32,000 nucleotides of DNA from Bacillus subtilis subsp. subtilis str. 168 (GTDB lineage Bacteria > Bacillota > Bacilli > Bacillales > Bacillaceae). The position numbers were made by a program, and so were the translations under genes. Of this stretch, positions 18,565-27,348 are shown piece after piece; positions within the stretch are counted from its first letter, which is position 1; each line of letters begins with the position of its first letter. Below the pieces are notes generated by a model. The model searched no databases and was not told the DNA's origin. It was given only the letters and a program-made list of their open reading frames with translations. The stretch is taken from positions 2,430,001 through 2,462,000 of the forward strand of contig NC_000964.3 in assembly GCF_000009045.1 (NCBI RefSeq), given 5' to 3'.

Positions 18565-18592
18565 AACAAAAAAGCCGCAGCCACCTGCGGCT
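18565..18592 (-). terminator. intrinsic terminator after xerD
   Basis: Stem AGCCGCAG (18573-18580) pairs with CTGCGGCT (18585-18592), followed by a T-run on the minus strand. The xerD stop codon lies in the stem. Confidence 0.7.
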
Positions 18593-19481
18593 ATGCTCGC
18601 GGATGAAACTGCTTGTACACATCCTTCAGCCTTGTTTTCGTCACATGCGTATAAATTTGCGTCGTGGATATATCCGCATGACCGAGCATTTCCTGCACCG
18701 CTCTTAAATCTGCCCCGTTCTCAAGCAGATGCGTCGCAAAGGAATGCCTGAGTGTATGCGGAGTCAGCTCTTTCTTAATGCCGGCTTCCAATGCGATTTT
18801 TTTCAGGTTCTTCCAAAATCCCTGGCGGCTGATCTGTTTGCCGTGATGATTTAAAAAGAGGGCGTCAGATACATTATTTTTTAACAGTTTTCCCCTGGCT
18901 TTTGTCATATATTCCTCAATGGCGGAAGCAGCGGCTTCACCGATTGGCACAATCCGTTCTTTTCTTCCTTTGCCGAAGCATCGGATAAACCCCATAGATA
19001 AATGAACATCAGCCGTTTTCAATTCAATCATTTCACTGACTCGTATGCCTGTCGCATAAAGCAGCTCCAGCATTGCTTTATCCCGATATCCGAAAGGGCT
19101 CGTCAGCTTAGGCGTGTCCAATAACCGCTCGACTTCATTGAGCGCGAGCACCTTCGGAAGCGCCCGTTCCGTCTTTTGTGTTTCGATATGAACGGAAGGG
19201 TCCTTATCCGTTACTTTTTCCCTGAGCAGAAATTGATGAAAAGAGCGAATGGATGCCAAATGCCGCGCCGATGTCTTGCCGGATTTCCCCGAGTCCTTCA
19301 AATGCTTTAAGTATTGGATAATATGTATGCGGGTAACGTGATTCCAATCTGTAACATGAAGGGTTTCTGTTAAGTAGAGAGAATAGCTTTTCAAGTCACG
19401 TTCATAGGATACGATCGTATTTTGAGAGAGCCCTCTCTCTACCATAACGTAGTGGATGAAATCCTTTATTTGATCTTTCAC
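18591..19481 (-). CDS. xerD: tyrosine site-specific recombinase for chromosome dimer resolution
   Basis: 296-aa ORF with a GTG start. The catalytic R...HxxR...Y region is present ([41 protein letters not shown]). I recall the older name as ripX. Confidence 0.92.
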
Positions 19482-19488
19482 TCTTGAT

Positions 19489-19716
19489 CTACTCCCCGTT
19501 TTGGTAAAAAAAGATCAACCGGTCGAACCATCCGCCTTTTTCATCCTGATCCATTTCAACAACTTTTACAGCGGAGCCTTCCGGTTTATCATACCGATGA
19601 TAGTTTTCATACTCTTGATTCACCCATATCATAGCATAATAGAACAAAGCGGTAAAACCGGTAAACAGGATGAAAACTTTCAATGCATCGACAGCTGTTT
19701 TCAGGAATCTTCCCAT
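19489..19716 (-). CDS. yqzK: small membrane protein of unknown function (75 aa)
   Basis: Track ORF with one N-terminal transmembrane helix. Its stop lies 7 nt upstream of the xerD start. The symbol is from memory. Confidence 0.65.
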   Translation of the reverse strand: MGRFLKTAVDALKVFILFTGFTALFYYAMIWVNQEYENYHRYDKPEGSAVKVVEMDQDEKGGWFDRLIFFYQNGE

Positions 19717-19795
19717 GTCCTAATCGATCCTTTCCCTATGGTTCCAGTTATATAAACCATATGCCAAATCAGAAAGGTTTTATACATAGAAACAG

Positions 19796-19825
19796 CAAAA
19801 AACCCTTTCCCCATGAGAAAAGGTT
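19796..19825 (-). terminator. intrinsic terminator after fur
   Basis: Minus strand AACCTTTTC-TCATGG-GGAAAGGGTT (one G-U pair), followed by TTTTTGC. Confidence 0.6.
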
Positions 19826-19840
19826 CGCGCTCGGCACCGT

Positions 19841-20290
19841 CTATTCAGTTTCTTTTCCGTTACAGCGGTGGCAAATGCCGTGAAACGTCAATCTATGATC
19901 TTTAATCTTAAATTTCCAATCACGTTCAATGATTTCTTCCACGTCTTCAAGCAAATCTTCTTCAATTTCATCAACGGCTCCGCACTCCATGCACACCAAG
20001 TGGTGATGAAAGTGAGCTGCGCCCTCTTTCCGAAGGTCGTAACGGGACACACCGTCTCCAAAGTTAATTTTATCTACGACTTTTAATTCAGTTAATAATT
20101 CAAGCGTACGGTATACTGTAGCGAGACCGATCTCAGGAGATTTCTCTTTTACGAGGAGGTATACATCTTCTGCGCTTAAATGGTCTTCTTCGTTTTCAAG
20201 CAGCACTCTTACTGTCGCTTCACGCTGTGGCGTAAGTTTATAGCTGGATGAGTGCAGTTGTTTCTTAATACGATCAATACGGTTTTCCAT
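19841..20290 (-). CDS. fur: ferric uptake regulator
   Basis: Track ORF trimmed to the ATG at 20290 (149 aa, MENRIDRIKKQL...). It has the Fur-family HHHHLVC and CxxC motifs. Confidence 0.95.
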   Translation of the reverse strand: MENRIDRIKKQLHSSSYKLTPQREATVRVLLENEEDHLSAEDVYLLVKEKSPEIGLATVYRTLELLTELKVVDKINFGDGVSRYDLRKEGAAHFHHHLVCMECGAVDEIEEDLLEDVEEIIERDWKFKIKDHRLTFHGICHRCNGKETE

Positions 20291-20322
20291 GTCTTTCCCT
20301 CCTACGCCGCATTCCATGACTC

Positions 20323-20366
20323 ATTATAACAAAATACGCGCAGAGTTCCAACTATAATTATTATAA
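20323..20366 (-). promoter_or_regulatory. fur promoter with PerR/Fur-family 7-1-7 box
   Basis: Minus strand TTGGAA (20346-20351), 17-nt spacer, TATAAT (20323-20328). TTATAATAATTATAG (20352-20366) matches the Per box TTATAATNATTATAA at 14 of 15 positions and lies just upstream of the -35. Confidence 0.7.
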
Positions 20367-20402
20367 ACTGATAAATAAAATGGTTTTCTTTTAATAATGA
20401 TT

Positions 20403-21047
20403 TTAAAAAAGTCTAGATGTAAGCTTTTCCATTAAAACAGGAGATAAGTATGCTTCAAAGAGAGATGAAATCAGCGCTAAAAACAGAATGACCAGCAGCA
20501 CAAAGGCATACCGCCCGAACCATTGAATCGGCGCGTCATGCAGGCTTCGTTTCACGAACAGCTGTCTGATTAACTTTAAAGAAAACGCAATTGCACATGT
20601 GCCCATAATGAGATAAGCCGGAATCAGCAGCACATTTTGCGGCAAAACGGAGACAAATGATAGGAAAAACCCGCTTACTCCCATCTGATTGACTAGGAAC
20701 CCGACAGTAAAGCCGACGACGATCCCTTTCAGAAAGATCATAATGAAAATAATCGGCATCCCAATGACGGAAATTCCCAGTATCCACATCAGGCCTAAAT
20801 ACTTTGCATTATGAAAGATACTTTGCCCAAACATATCAGCTGAACTTGCCTGTTTTCCATCCGAAAGCTGTCCAAAAAATTGACTTAAGTAGTAGTATAA
20901 ATCTTCTTTCTGGCTGATGGTCATACTGTTGACAATAATCGCGCCAAAGATGACACCCATGAAAAACAGCACTGACACAAATATATAAAGAGAGAGATGA
21001 TCTTTGACATGCCTGAGAAACATGTCCTTATAAGAGATTTTTCGCAT
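20403..21047 (-). CDS. spoIIM: stage II sporulation protein M
   Basis: 214-aa polytopic membrane ORF in the conserved position next to fur. Confidence 0.9.
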
Positions 21048-21087
21048 ACCGTTTCCTCCCGCCCGCTCTAGTGATTTGATTTAATAG

Positions 21088-21116
21088 ATTGTATGAAAGA
21101 AACAGAAAAACATGCC
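21088..21116 (-). promoter_or_regulatory. sigma-E type promoter of spoIIM
   Basis: Minus strand CATACAAT (21088-21095) matches the SigE -10 consensus CATACAMT. A GCATGTT -35-like element lies about 14 nt upstream. Confidence 0.5.
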
Positions 21117-21147
21117 CTTTTTCAAAAAGAAACAATAGAGATGAATG

Positions 21148-21363
21148 CTAGGCGGCTTTTTGGGGCACAAAAAAATCCTTATCATCAACTGCTGTATGAT
21201 CATAAGGATTCTTATGCTTCCGTTTATTCAAAATCTCTTTTTTGCTTTTTGTCATTCTTCCATGTGTGCTGAAAGATGGTGTGCTGCCTCTTGATAATAA
21301 GACGTCACGTCCGCCGTTTCTCAATCGATGCCCCCGCTTCTTTTTCGCTTGGCTTTTTGCCAT
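21148..21363 (-). CDS. yqkK: small basic protein of unknown function (71 aa)
   Basis: Lys/Arg-rich track ORF. The symbol is from memory of gene order. Confidence 0.6.
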   Translation of the reverse strand: MAKSQAKKKRGHRLRNGGRDVLLSRGSTPSFSTHGRMTKSKKEILNKRKHKNPYDHTAVDDKDFFVPQKAA

Positions 21364-21418
21364 GTGATCACTCCCTTTTTTATTTTCATAGTAATGATAA
21401 CAAAATTGAACAATGATA

Positions 21419-21452
21419 AGAAAAAAACAGCACCTGCTACGACAGGTGCTGT
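21419..21452 (-). terminator. intrinsic terminator after mleA
   Basis: Stem CAGCACCTG (21428-21436) pairs with CAGGTGCTG (21443-21451), followed by a 7-T run on the minus strand. Confidence 0.75.
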
Positions 21453-21462
21453 TTAGCTACAT

Positions 21463-22782
21463 TTATTTCACTGCTGTAAGAGCTGCATGCTCGACAGCTG
21501 CTGCTACCGCATGATGGACTTTTGAATCAAGCGGCTGAGGGACAACATCACCTTGTTTAGTGCAAGCTGCGATGGCCTCTGCTGCTGCGACAAGCATATC
21601 ATGATTAATCTCCGTGCTTTTTGCGTTAAGCGCTCCTCTAAAAATCCCTGGAAAACCGAGTACATTATTAACAGAACGCCCGTCAGCTGCATATGCGGCG
21701 CCAGCCTGCAGTGCGGCCTCCGGCTCAATTTCCGGCTTCGGATTCGATAAAGCCAGAATCACTTGACCAGAACGTACAAATGCCGGTTTTATTAAACCCG
21801 GAACGCCCGTTGTAGCAATGACAATATCACATGTTTCCATAAGCTCCTCAATACTGGAAACTGCCTGTCCGCCGTATTGTTCGAGACGGTTCATTGCTGA
21901 CTCTGATTTGTCTGTTCCGTATACAGCATTCACACCATAAGCCATGAACATCCGGCAGATGGCCACGCCTGCTGCGCCAAGGCCGATTTGCCCCACTTTC
22001 GCTTCCTTCAGGTCAACCCCCGCACTCCTGCATGCCGAAATGGCAGCTGCCAGCGTCACTACAGCTGTACCATGCTGGTCATCGTGCATAACAGGGATGT
22101 TCAGCTCCTCTTTTAGGCGATCCTCGATTTCAAAACAATGCGGCGAACCGATATCCTCAAGAAGGATGCCGCTAAAGCCCGGAGAAATATGTTTTACTGT
22201 TTTGATGATTTCTTCAGGATCACTCGTATCAAGCAGTATCGGAATGCCGCTAATACCCGCCAGCTGATCAAATAAAGCAGCCTTTCCTTCCATGACAGGC
22301 ATGCCAGCCACAGAGCCGATATTCCCAAGGCCTAAAATTGCGGTTCCATCCGTTACAATTGCAACAGAATTGCTGATCGTTGTATAAATAGAAGCTTTTT
22401 CAGGTTCTTTTTCGATCAGTCGGCACACGTCCGCAACACCTGGTGTGTAGACACGTCCCAGCTCTGCCAGTGAACGGATCGGCATTTTGCTTTTCATTTG
22501 GATTTTTCCGCCTTCATGTGCGGACAGGACTTCATCAGATACGGTGTGAAGCCTGATCCCTTCTCCGAGGGCCTGTACAGCCGCGATCACTTCCTGAAGC
22601 TGTTCTTCATTCTCCACTTGAACGGTAATATTCCGCATTGTGTAATTGGGTCCGACTTTTACCGTCTCCACTTCACCAATATCCCCGCCCAGAAGGCCGA
22701 TGGCCGTAGCCACCCTTCCAAGATTTCCGGGAACCGAAGGCGTTTCGATCATCAGTGTCCGAATCATGTGTTTCGCTATCAT
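21463..22782 (-). CDS. mleA: NAD-dependent malic enzyme with N-terminal ACT-like domain
   Basis: 439-aa ORF with malic-enzyme NAD-binding motifs (GLGAAGVA; DDQHGTAVV region). Confidence 0.9.
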   Translation of the reverse strand: MIAKHMIRTLMIETPSVPGNLGRVATAIGLLGGDIGEVETVKVGPNYTMRNITVQVENEEQLQEVIAAVQALGEGIRLHTVSDEVLSAHEGGKIQMKSKMPIRSLAELGRVYTPGVADVCRLIEKEPEKASIYTTISNSVAIVTDGTAILGLGNIGSVAGMPVMEGKAALFDQLAGISGIPILLDTSDPEEIIKTVKHISPGFSGILLEDIGSPHCFEIEDRLKEELNIPVMHDDQHGTAVVTLAAAISACRSAGVDLKEAKVGQIGLGAAGVAICRMFMAYGVNAVYGTDKSESAMNRLEQYGGQAVSSIEELMETCDIVIATTGVPGLIKPAFVRSGQVILALSNPKPEIEPEAALQAGAAYAADGRSVNNVLGFPGIFRGALNAKSTEINHDMLVAAAEAIAACTKQGDVVPQPLDSKVHHAVAAAVEHAALTAVK

Positions 22783-22799
22783 TCAGTGATCCTCCCCTA

Positions 22800-24206
22800 T
22801 TAGCCTAGTTTTTCGGCTTTAACTGTATTGTTTTTCGTATACCATATAAATTTTCCTGTATAACCATAGATAATTGCAAGACCTATTGCTACAAAACTGA
22901 GCCACATAAACGGCAGATAAGAGAAGGTAGAAACACCTAAAATACCAGCCATGTAAATCCCATTATCAGACCAAGGAACCATCCCCGAAGTCAATGTTCC
23001 CCCGACCTCTGAGTTACGTGATAACACTCTTCTGTCCAGATGTAAGCGATCATAGCTGTCTTCCATAATTTTCGGAGTCAAAATAAGAGATACATACATC
23101 GCACAGCCGAAGATGTTTGCTAAAAACGCTACGATCAGTGTAGACAATGTGACATTGCCGGCTGAAGTTAATTTCTTTTCAAACGTTGAAACAATGACTT
23201 TTAACACGCCGAGTTTCTCAAGCAGACCGCCAAAACCAAGGCCAAAGATGATGACGACGAGAGAATCAAGCATACCGACAATTCCACCGCGGTTTAACAA
23301 GCCGTTCAAAAATTCAACATCCGTTTTAATAGAGAAGCCGTTGTACGCAGTTGCAATCGCATGGGCAATATCCATTCCTTGGAAAACAACAGCCCAGATT
23401 GCACCGAGTAAAGCGCCAATTACGATAACTGGCATAGATGGCTTTTTCATCGCCAATAAGACTATGACGAGAACTGCCGGGATCAGCATCCAAATATGAA
23501 TGTCAAACGTGTTTTGCAAAGATGATTTTAAGAATTCAACTTTATCAAGATCAATATTTTTCCCGCCGTACATAAATCCAACAACTGTAAAGAGTATAGC
23601 TGTAATGACATAAGCAGGTATTGATAAATAAAGCATTGCTCTCACGTGAGCCAATACATCGACTTTTGATAGTGAAGAAGCTAGAACTGTACTGTCAGAC
23701 AGCGGAGACAGCTTGTCCCCAAAATAAGCACCTGAAAGAATAGCTCCCGCTACTAGAGGAAGCGGAATGCCTAACCCCTCTCCAATTGCGATCATGGCAA
23801 TGCCGGCAGTTCCGACTGTTCCCCATGACGTTCCTGTTGCCACAGACATAATGGAACAAATAATTAACGTTGCCAGTAAAAAGATACTTGGGTGAATAAA
23901 TTCCAGTCCGTAATAAATCAAAGTCGGCACAACGCCTCCGGCAATCCATGTTCCGATGAGCGCCCCAACTGAAACGAGAATCAGTACGGCTTCAAGGCCA
24001 TTTGATATCCCATGTACAATCGCATTTTGTAAATCTTTATAAGAATAACCGAGTCTAATACCTAAAAGCATTGCAATAAACCATGAAACAAAAAGCGCCA
24101 GCTGTATCGGCAAGTCGAGAAAGACTGTAAACGATAGAACAAGTGCTAAAAATACTCCTAGTACAATAATAATTTCAAATAGTGTTGGCAATCTTACATC
24201 CTTCAA
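22800..24206 (-). CDS. mleN: NhaC-family malate/lactate-Na+ antiporter
   Basis: 468-aa polytopic membrane ORF with a TTG start and GGGGG 7 nt upstream. It ends 17 nt upstream of mleA. Confidence 0.9.
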   Translation of the reverse strand: MKDVRLPTLFEIIIVLGVFLALVLSFTVFLDLPIQLALFVSWFIAMLLGIRLGYSYKDLQNAIVHGISNGLEAVLILVSVGALIGTWIAGGVVPTLIYYGLEFIHPSIFLLATLIICSIMSVATGTSWGTVGTAGIAMIAIGEGLGIPLPLVAGAILSGAYFGDKLSPLSDSTVLASSLSKVDVLAHVRAMLYLSIPAYVITAILFTVVGFMYGGKNIDLDKVEFLKSSLQNTFDIHIWMLIPAVLVIVLLAMKKPSMPVIVIGALLGAIWAVVFQGMDIAHAIATAYNGFSIKTDVEFLNGLLNRGGIVGMLDSLVVIIFGLGFGGLLEKLGVLKVIVSTFEKKLTSAGNVTLSTLIVAFLANIFGCAMYVSLILTPKIMEDSYDRLHLDRRVLSRNSEVGGTLTSGMVPWSDNGIYMAGILGVSTFSYLPFMWLSFVAIGLAIIYGYTGKFIWYTKNNTVKAEKLG

Positions 24207-24292
24207 AAGAAGTCCCCCTTCATGTAAAAGCTAAAACGCTTTCAATATATAGTGCAACACGTATACTATACTTCCTCATCCCTATGTTGTAA

Positions 24293-24332
24293 ACAGCTTA
24301 TTCATCCGACTATTCGGAGATGAATAAGCTGT
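24293..24332 (-). terminator. 14-bp perfect hairpin between ansB and mleN (probable ansAB terminator)
   Basis: ACAGCTTATTCATC (24293-24306) pairs with GATGAATAAGCTGT (24319-24332). The T-tract is weak on the minus strand and better on the plus strand. Confidence 0.5.
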
Positions 24333-24346
24333 ATTTTATACAAATT

Positions 24347-25774
24347 TTATTTTTCTAATAGTTCTTTCCCTGCGATACCTGGTTTGGTCATCTCATATGG
24401 GTTTAAAATAATATCCAATTCTTCTTCAGTCAGCACATCATGCTGCAGACAAAGATCCCGGACAGATTGCCCTGTCATAATTGCTTCCCTGGCAATTCTA
24501 GCTGCCGCTTCATACCCAAGATGCGGATTGACAGCTGTGATCACGCCTGCGCTTTTTTCTACGTATTGCTTCATACGCTTTTCGTTGGCTTCAATGCCTT
24601 TTAAGCAGTTGTCAGTGAACGAACGGAAGCCGTTGTTCATGATGCTGATGGATTGAAGCAAATTAAAGACAAGCACGGGCTCCATGACGTTCAACTCAAG
24701 CTGGCCGGCTTCTGAAGCAAGGCAGATTGTATTGTCATTTCCGATAACCTGGAACGCAATTTGGTTGATCAGCTCCGCCATAACCGGATTGACTTTCCCC
24801 GGCATAATAGATGAACCCGGCTGACGTGCAGGCAGAGAAATTTCCGCAAGTCCGGCGCGCGGTCCCGACGCCATTAAGCGCAGGTCGTTTGCGATCTTCG
24901 ACATGTTCATCATGCAGACTTTTAATGAAGCTGATACCTCTGTATAGGCATCTGTATTTTGTGTCGCATCAACAAGATGATCAGCGCCGACAAGAGGAAG
25001 CCCGCTAATATCAGCAAGGTGCTTTACTACCTGTTTGATATATTCAGGATCAGCGTTCAGCCCTGTACCAACAGCAGTTGCGCCCATGTTGACTTCATAC
25101 AGGTGCTGGCGCGATTGCTTGATTCGTTTGATATCACGCTCGAGAACACGGCTGTAAGCTTCGAATTCCTGGCCAAGACGGATCGGAACCGCATCTTGAA
25201 GGTGTGTCCGGCCCATTTTAATAACAGAGTCAAACTCCTGTGCTTTTTGCTTAAACACACTATGCATATCTTCCATTGTTTTCAGCAGTTTTTCTAAGAG
25301 CTTCAATGTGGAAATATGGATAGCAGTCGGGAACACATCGTTCGTAGACTGTGACATGTTCACATGTGTGTTTGGACTTAAATGGATATAATCTCCCTTT
25401 TTATGTCCCATGATTTCAAGCGCCCGGTTTCCGATAACCTCATTCGCGTTCATGTTCATAGAAGTTCCGGCACCGCCCTGAATCGGATCGACGATAAACT
25501 GATCGTGCCACTTGCCTTCCAGAATCTCGTCAGCGGCTTGTACGATAGCTTGGCCAATTCCTTCATACAGCCGTTTCACGTCCATGTTGGCAAGAGCCGC
25601 AGCTTTTTTCACAATCGCCAGTGCGTTAATCATTTCCTCATGGATTTTGTATCCTGTGATCGGAAAATTTTCAGAAGCACGGAGCGTCTGAATTCCGTAA
25701 TAAACATCTGCTTCAATTTGTTTTTCCCCAAGGAAGTCTTTTTCCACGCGATATTCTTTTTGGCCGTTTAACAT
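24347..25774 (-). CDS. ansB: aspartate ammonia-lyase (aspartase)
   Basis: 475-aa ORF of the fumarase/aspartase family, with the signature GSSIMPGKVNP. Confidence 0.95.
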   Translation of the reverse strand: MLNGQKEYRVEKDFLGEKQIEADVYYGIQTLRASENFPITGYKIHEEMINALAIVKKAAALANMDVKRLYEGIGQAIVQAADEILEGKWHDQFIVDPIQGGAGTSMNMNANEVIGNRALEIMGHKKGDYIHLSPNTHVNMSQSTNDVFPTAIHISTLKLLEKLLKTMEDMHSVFKQKAQEFDSVIKMGRTHLQDAVPIRLGQEFEAYSRVLERDIKRIKQSRQHLYEVNMGATAVGTGLNADPEYIKQVVKHLADISGLPLVGADHLVDATQNTDAYTEVSASLKVCMMNMSKIANDLRLMASGPRAGLAEISLPARQPGSSIMPGKVNPVMAELINQIAFQVIGNDNTICLASEAGQLELNVMEPVLVFNLLQSISIMNNGFRSFTDNCLKGIEANEKRMKQYVEKSAGVITAVNPHLGYEAAARIAREAIMTGQSVRDLCLQHDVLTEEELDIILNPYEMTKPGIAGKELLEK

Positions 25775-25818
25775 AATCTTTAACCTTCTTTCTCTTTGCT
25801 GGTTATCGTTTTTACATT

Positions 25819-26808
25819 TTACAGGACAACGTCATCAGCTATCGGCGTTTCCATAATTCTCTTGACGACAGGAAGATCCGAAGACTGACCTAGCGCCCAC
25901 ATCAATTTTGGCACAATTGCTTCTGTGTTCATATTTCTTGATCGGATAATTAAGTCTTGGTTGACTCTGCGGCCAACCTCGTAAATGCTCATGTCTTCGC
26001 CTTCTTCAAGACATTGAGTCGTAATGACGACGACAATGCCGCTTTCGATCAGTTCATTCACTTTTGACAAAATGTCTCTGCCTTCAAACGGCACTCCTCC
26101 GCTGCCATAACTCTCAATGACAATTCCTTTGTACATGCTTTTCAGGGCATCAAACATTTCGGGCTTTAAGCCTGGATGCAGCTTCAGCAGACATACATCT
26201 GTGCATAGTGAAGTGTCAACTGTGAAGGTGTCGTTCTCAGGTTCCGTTACTTGTTTGTTGTATTCGATCCCGTCTTCATTGATAAAAGCGATATATGGGT
26301 AATTGATGCTTTCAAATGCGTCGTAGCTTTTCGTTCTTAATTTGATCGCACGCGTTCCCTGAATGACTCTGCCGTCAAACACAACATAAACGCCGCCCAC
26401 GCCTTCACAGGCAAATCGAATGGCATCTGTAATATTTTTTTTGGCATCGGTTTTTTGGAACGTGATCGGAATCTGCGAGCCGGTGATGACAATCGGCTTT
26501 TTGGCATGCTGCAGCATATACGATAGTGCGGCAGATGTATAGGCCATTGTATCTGTACCGTGAGTAATAACAAACCCGTCATAGGCATCATAATTTTCCT
26601 TAACGGCTTCTGCTATTTCCACCCAGTATTCAGGCTGCATATTGGTGCTGTCTATATTCATAAGCGACTGAGTTTCCATTGTGTAATCGTTATCAAGTTT
26701 TGATACGTAACTTAATAATTCATCAGCCTTGACTCCGGGAGCCAGCCCATTTTCCCCTTCAACTGAAGCAATCGTTCCCCCAGTTGTCAACATCAATAAT
26801 TTTTTCAT
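25819..26808 (-). CDS. ansA: L-asparaginase (type I)
   Basis: Track ORF trimmed to the ATG at 26808 (GAAGAGGTG upstream), giving 329 aa. The TGGTIAS and HGTDTM asparaginase motifs are present. Confidence 0.93.
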
Positions 26809-26989
26809 ACCATGCACCTCTTCACTGTATCTAAAGATGGGTTGCGAGAAGGTATTCGCTTTTCGCATACTTTTAATGCAATTATAGACACGGAAAATAA
26901 AATACGCAAGACATTATTATTCAATTCGCGTACACTTCCTAATACCTATATGATATAATCAGCTCAAGGTGAAAAAGGAGCGGAAGTTC

Positions 26990-27340
26990 ATGAATCTAGA
27001 TCGTTTAACTGAATTGAGAAAAAAGAAAAATTGGTCGCTTCAATATACAGCTGACCTTCTCGGTATCGCAAAAAGCACATATGCCGGCTACGAGTCAGGC
27101 TACCGACGGCCTTCACTTGAAGCGCTTGCCATGCTGGCTGACCTCTTTGACACAACCTGCGATGAACTTTTAGGCCGCGAGAAACAAAAGCAGACTGCTC
27201 CTCAGGCCATAGAATTGGCCACGTGGAGCAGCCTCGACTTTACCATTTCTGTTGATGGCCAGCCGCTGAGTGAAGATGAAATCATCCAGCTGATTACCTT
27301 TATACGCACAAAAAGAAAAGTACAGGAGGAACTGAGTTAA
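26990..27340 (+). CDS. ansR: XRE-family HTH repressor of the ans operon
   Basis: Track ORF trimmed to the ATG at 26990 (AAAAGGAG 9 nt upstream), giving 116 aa. The HTH region is WSLQYTADLLGIAKSTYAGYESG. The gene is divergent from ansA. Confidence 0.85.
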   Translation: MNLDRLTELRKKKNWSLQYTADLLGIAKSTYAGYESGYRRPSLEALAMLADLFDTTCDELLGREKQKQTAPQAIELATWSSLDFTISVDGQPLSEDEIIQLITFIRTKRKVQEELS

Positions 27341-27348
27341 TCTTTAGC

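Noticed and set aside
18591-19481. Tyrosine recombinase as a marker of an integrated element
   Set aside because: The sequence and context (fur, drm-pupG neighbours; no flanking direct repeats; no cargo genes) fit the chromosomal XerD/RipX dimer resolvase, not a phage or ICE integrase.
23113-23499. 128-aa ORF antisense to mleN, and similar antisense or alternate-frame ORFs (e.g. 17013-17381, 20536-20787, 21944-22267, 24959-25297, 25382-25771, 26337-26591, 30976-31398)
   Set aside because: All lie inside strongly supported genes, lack SD sequences, and have compositions typical of reverse or alternate-frame translations.
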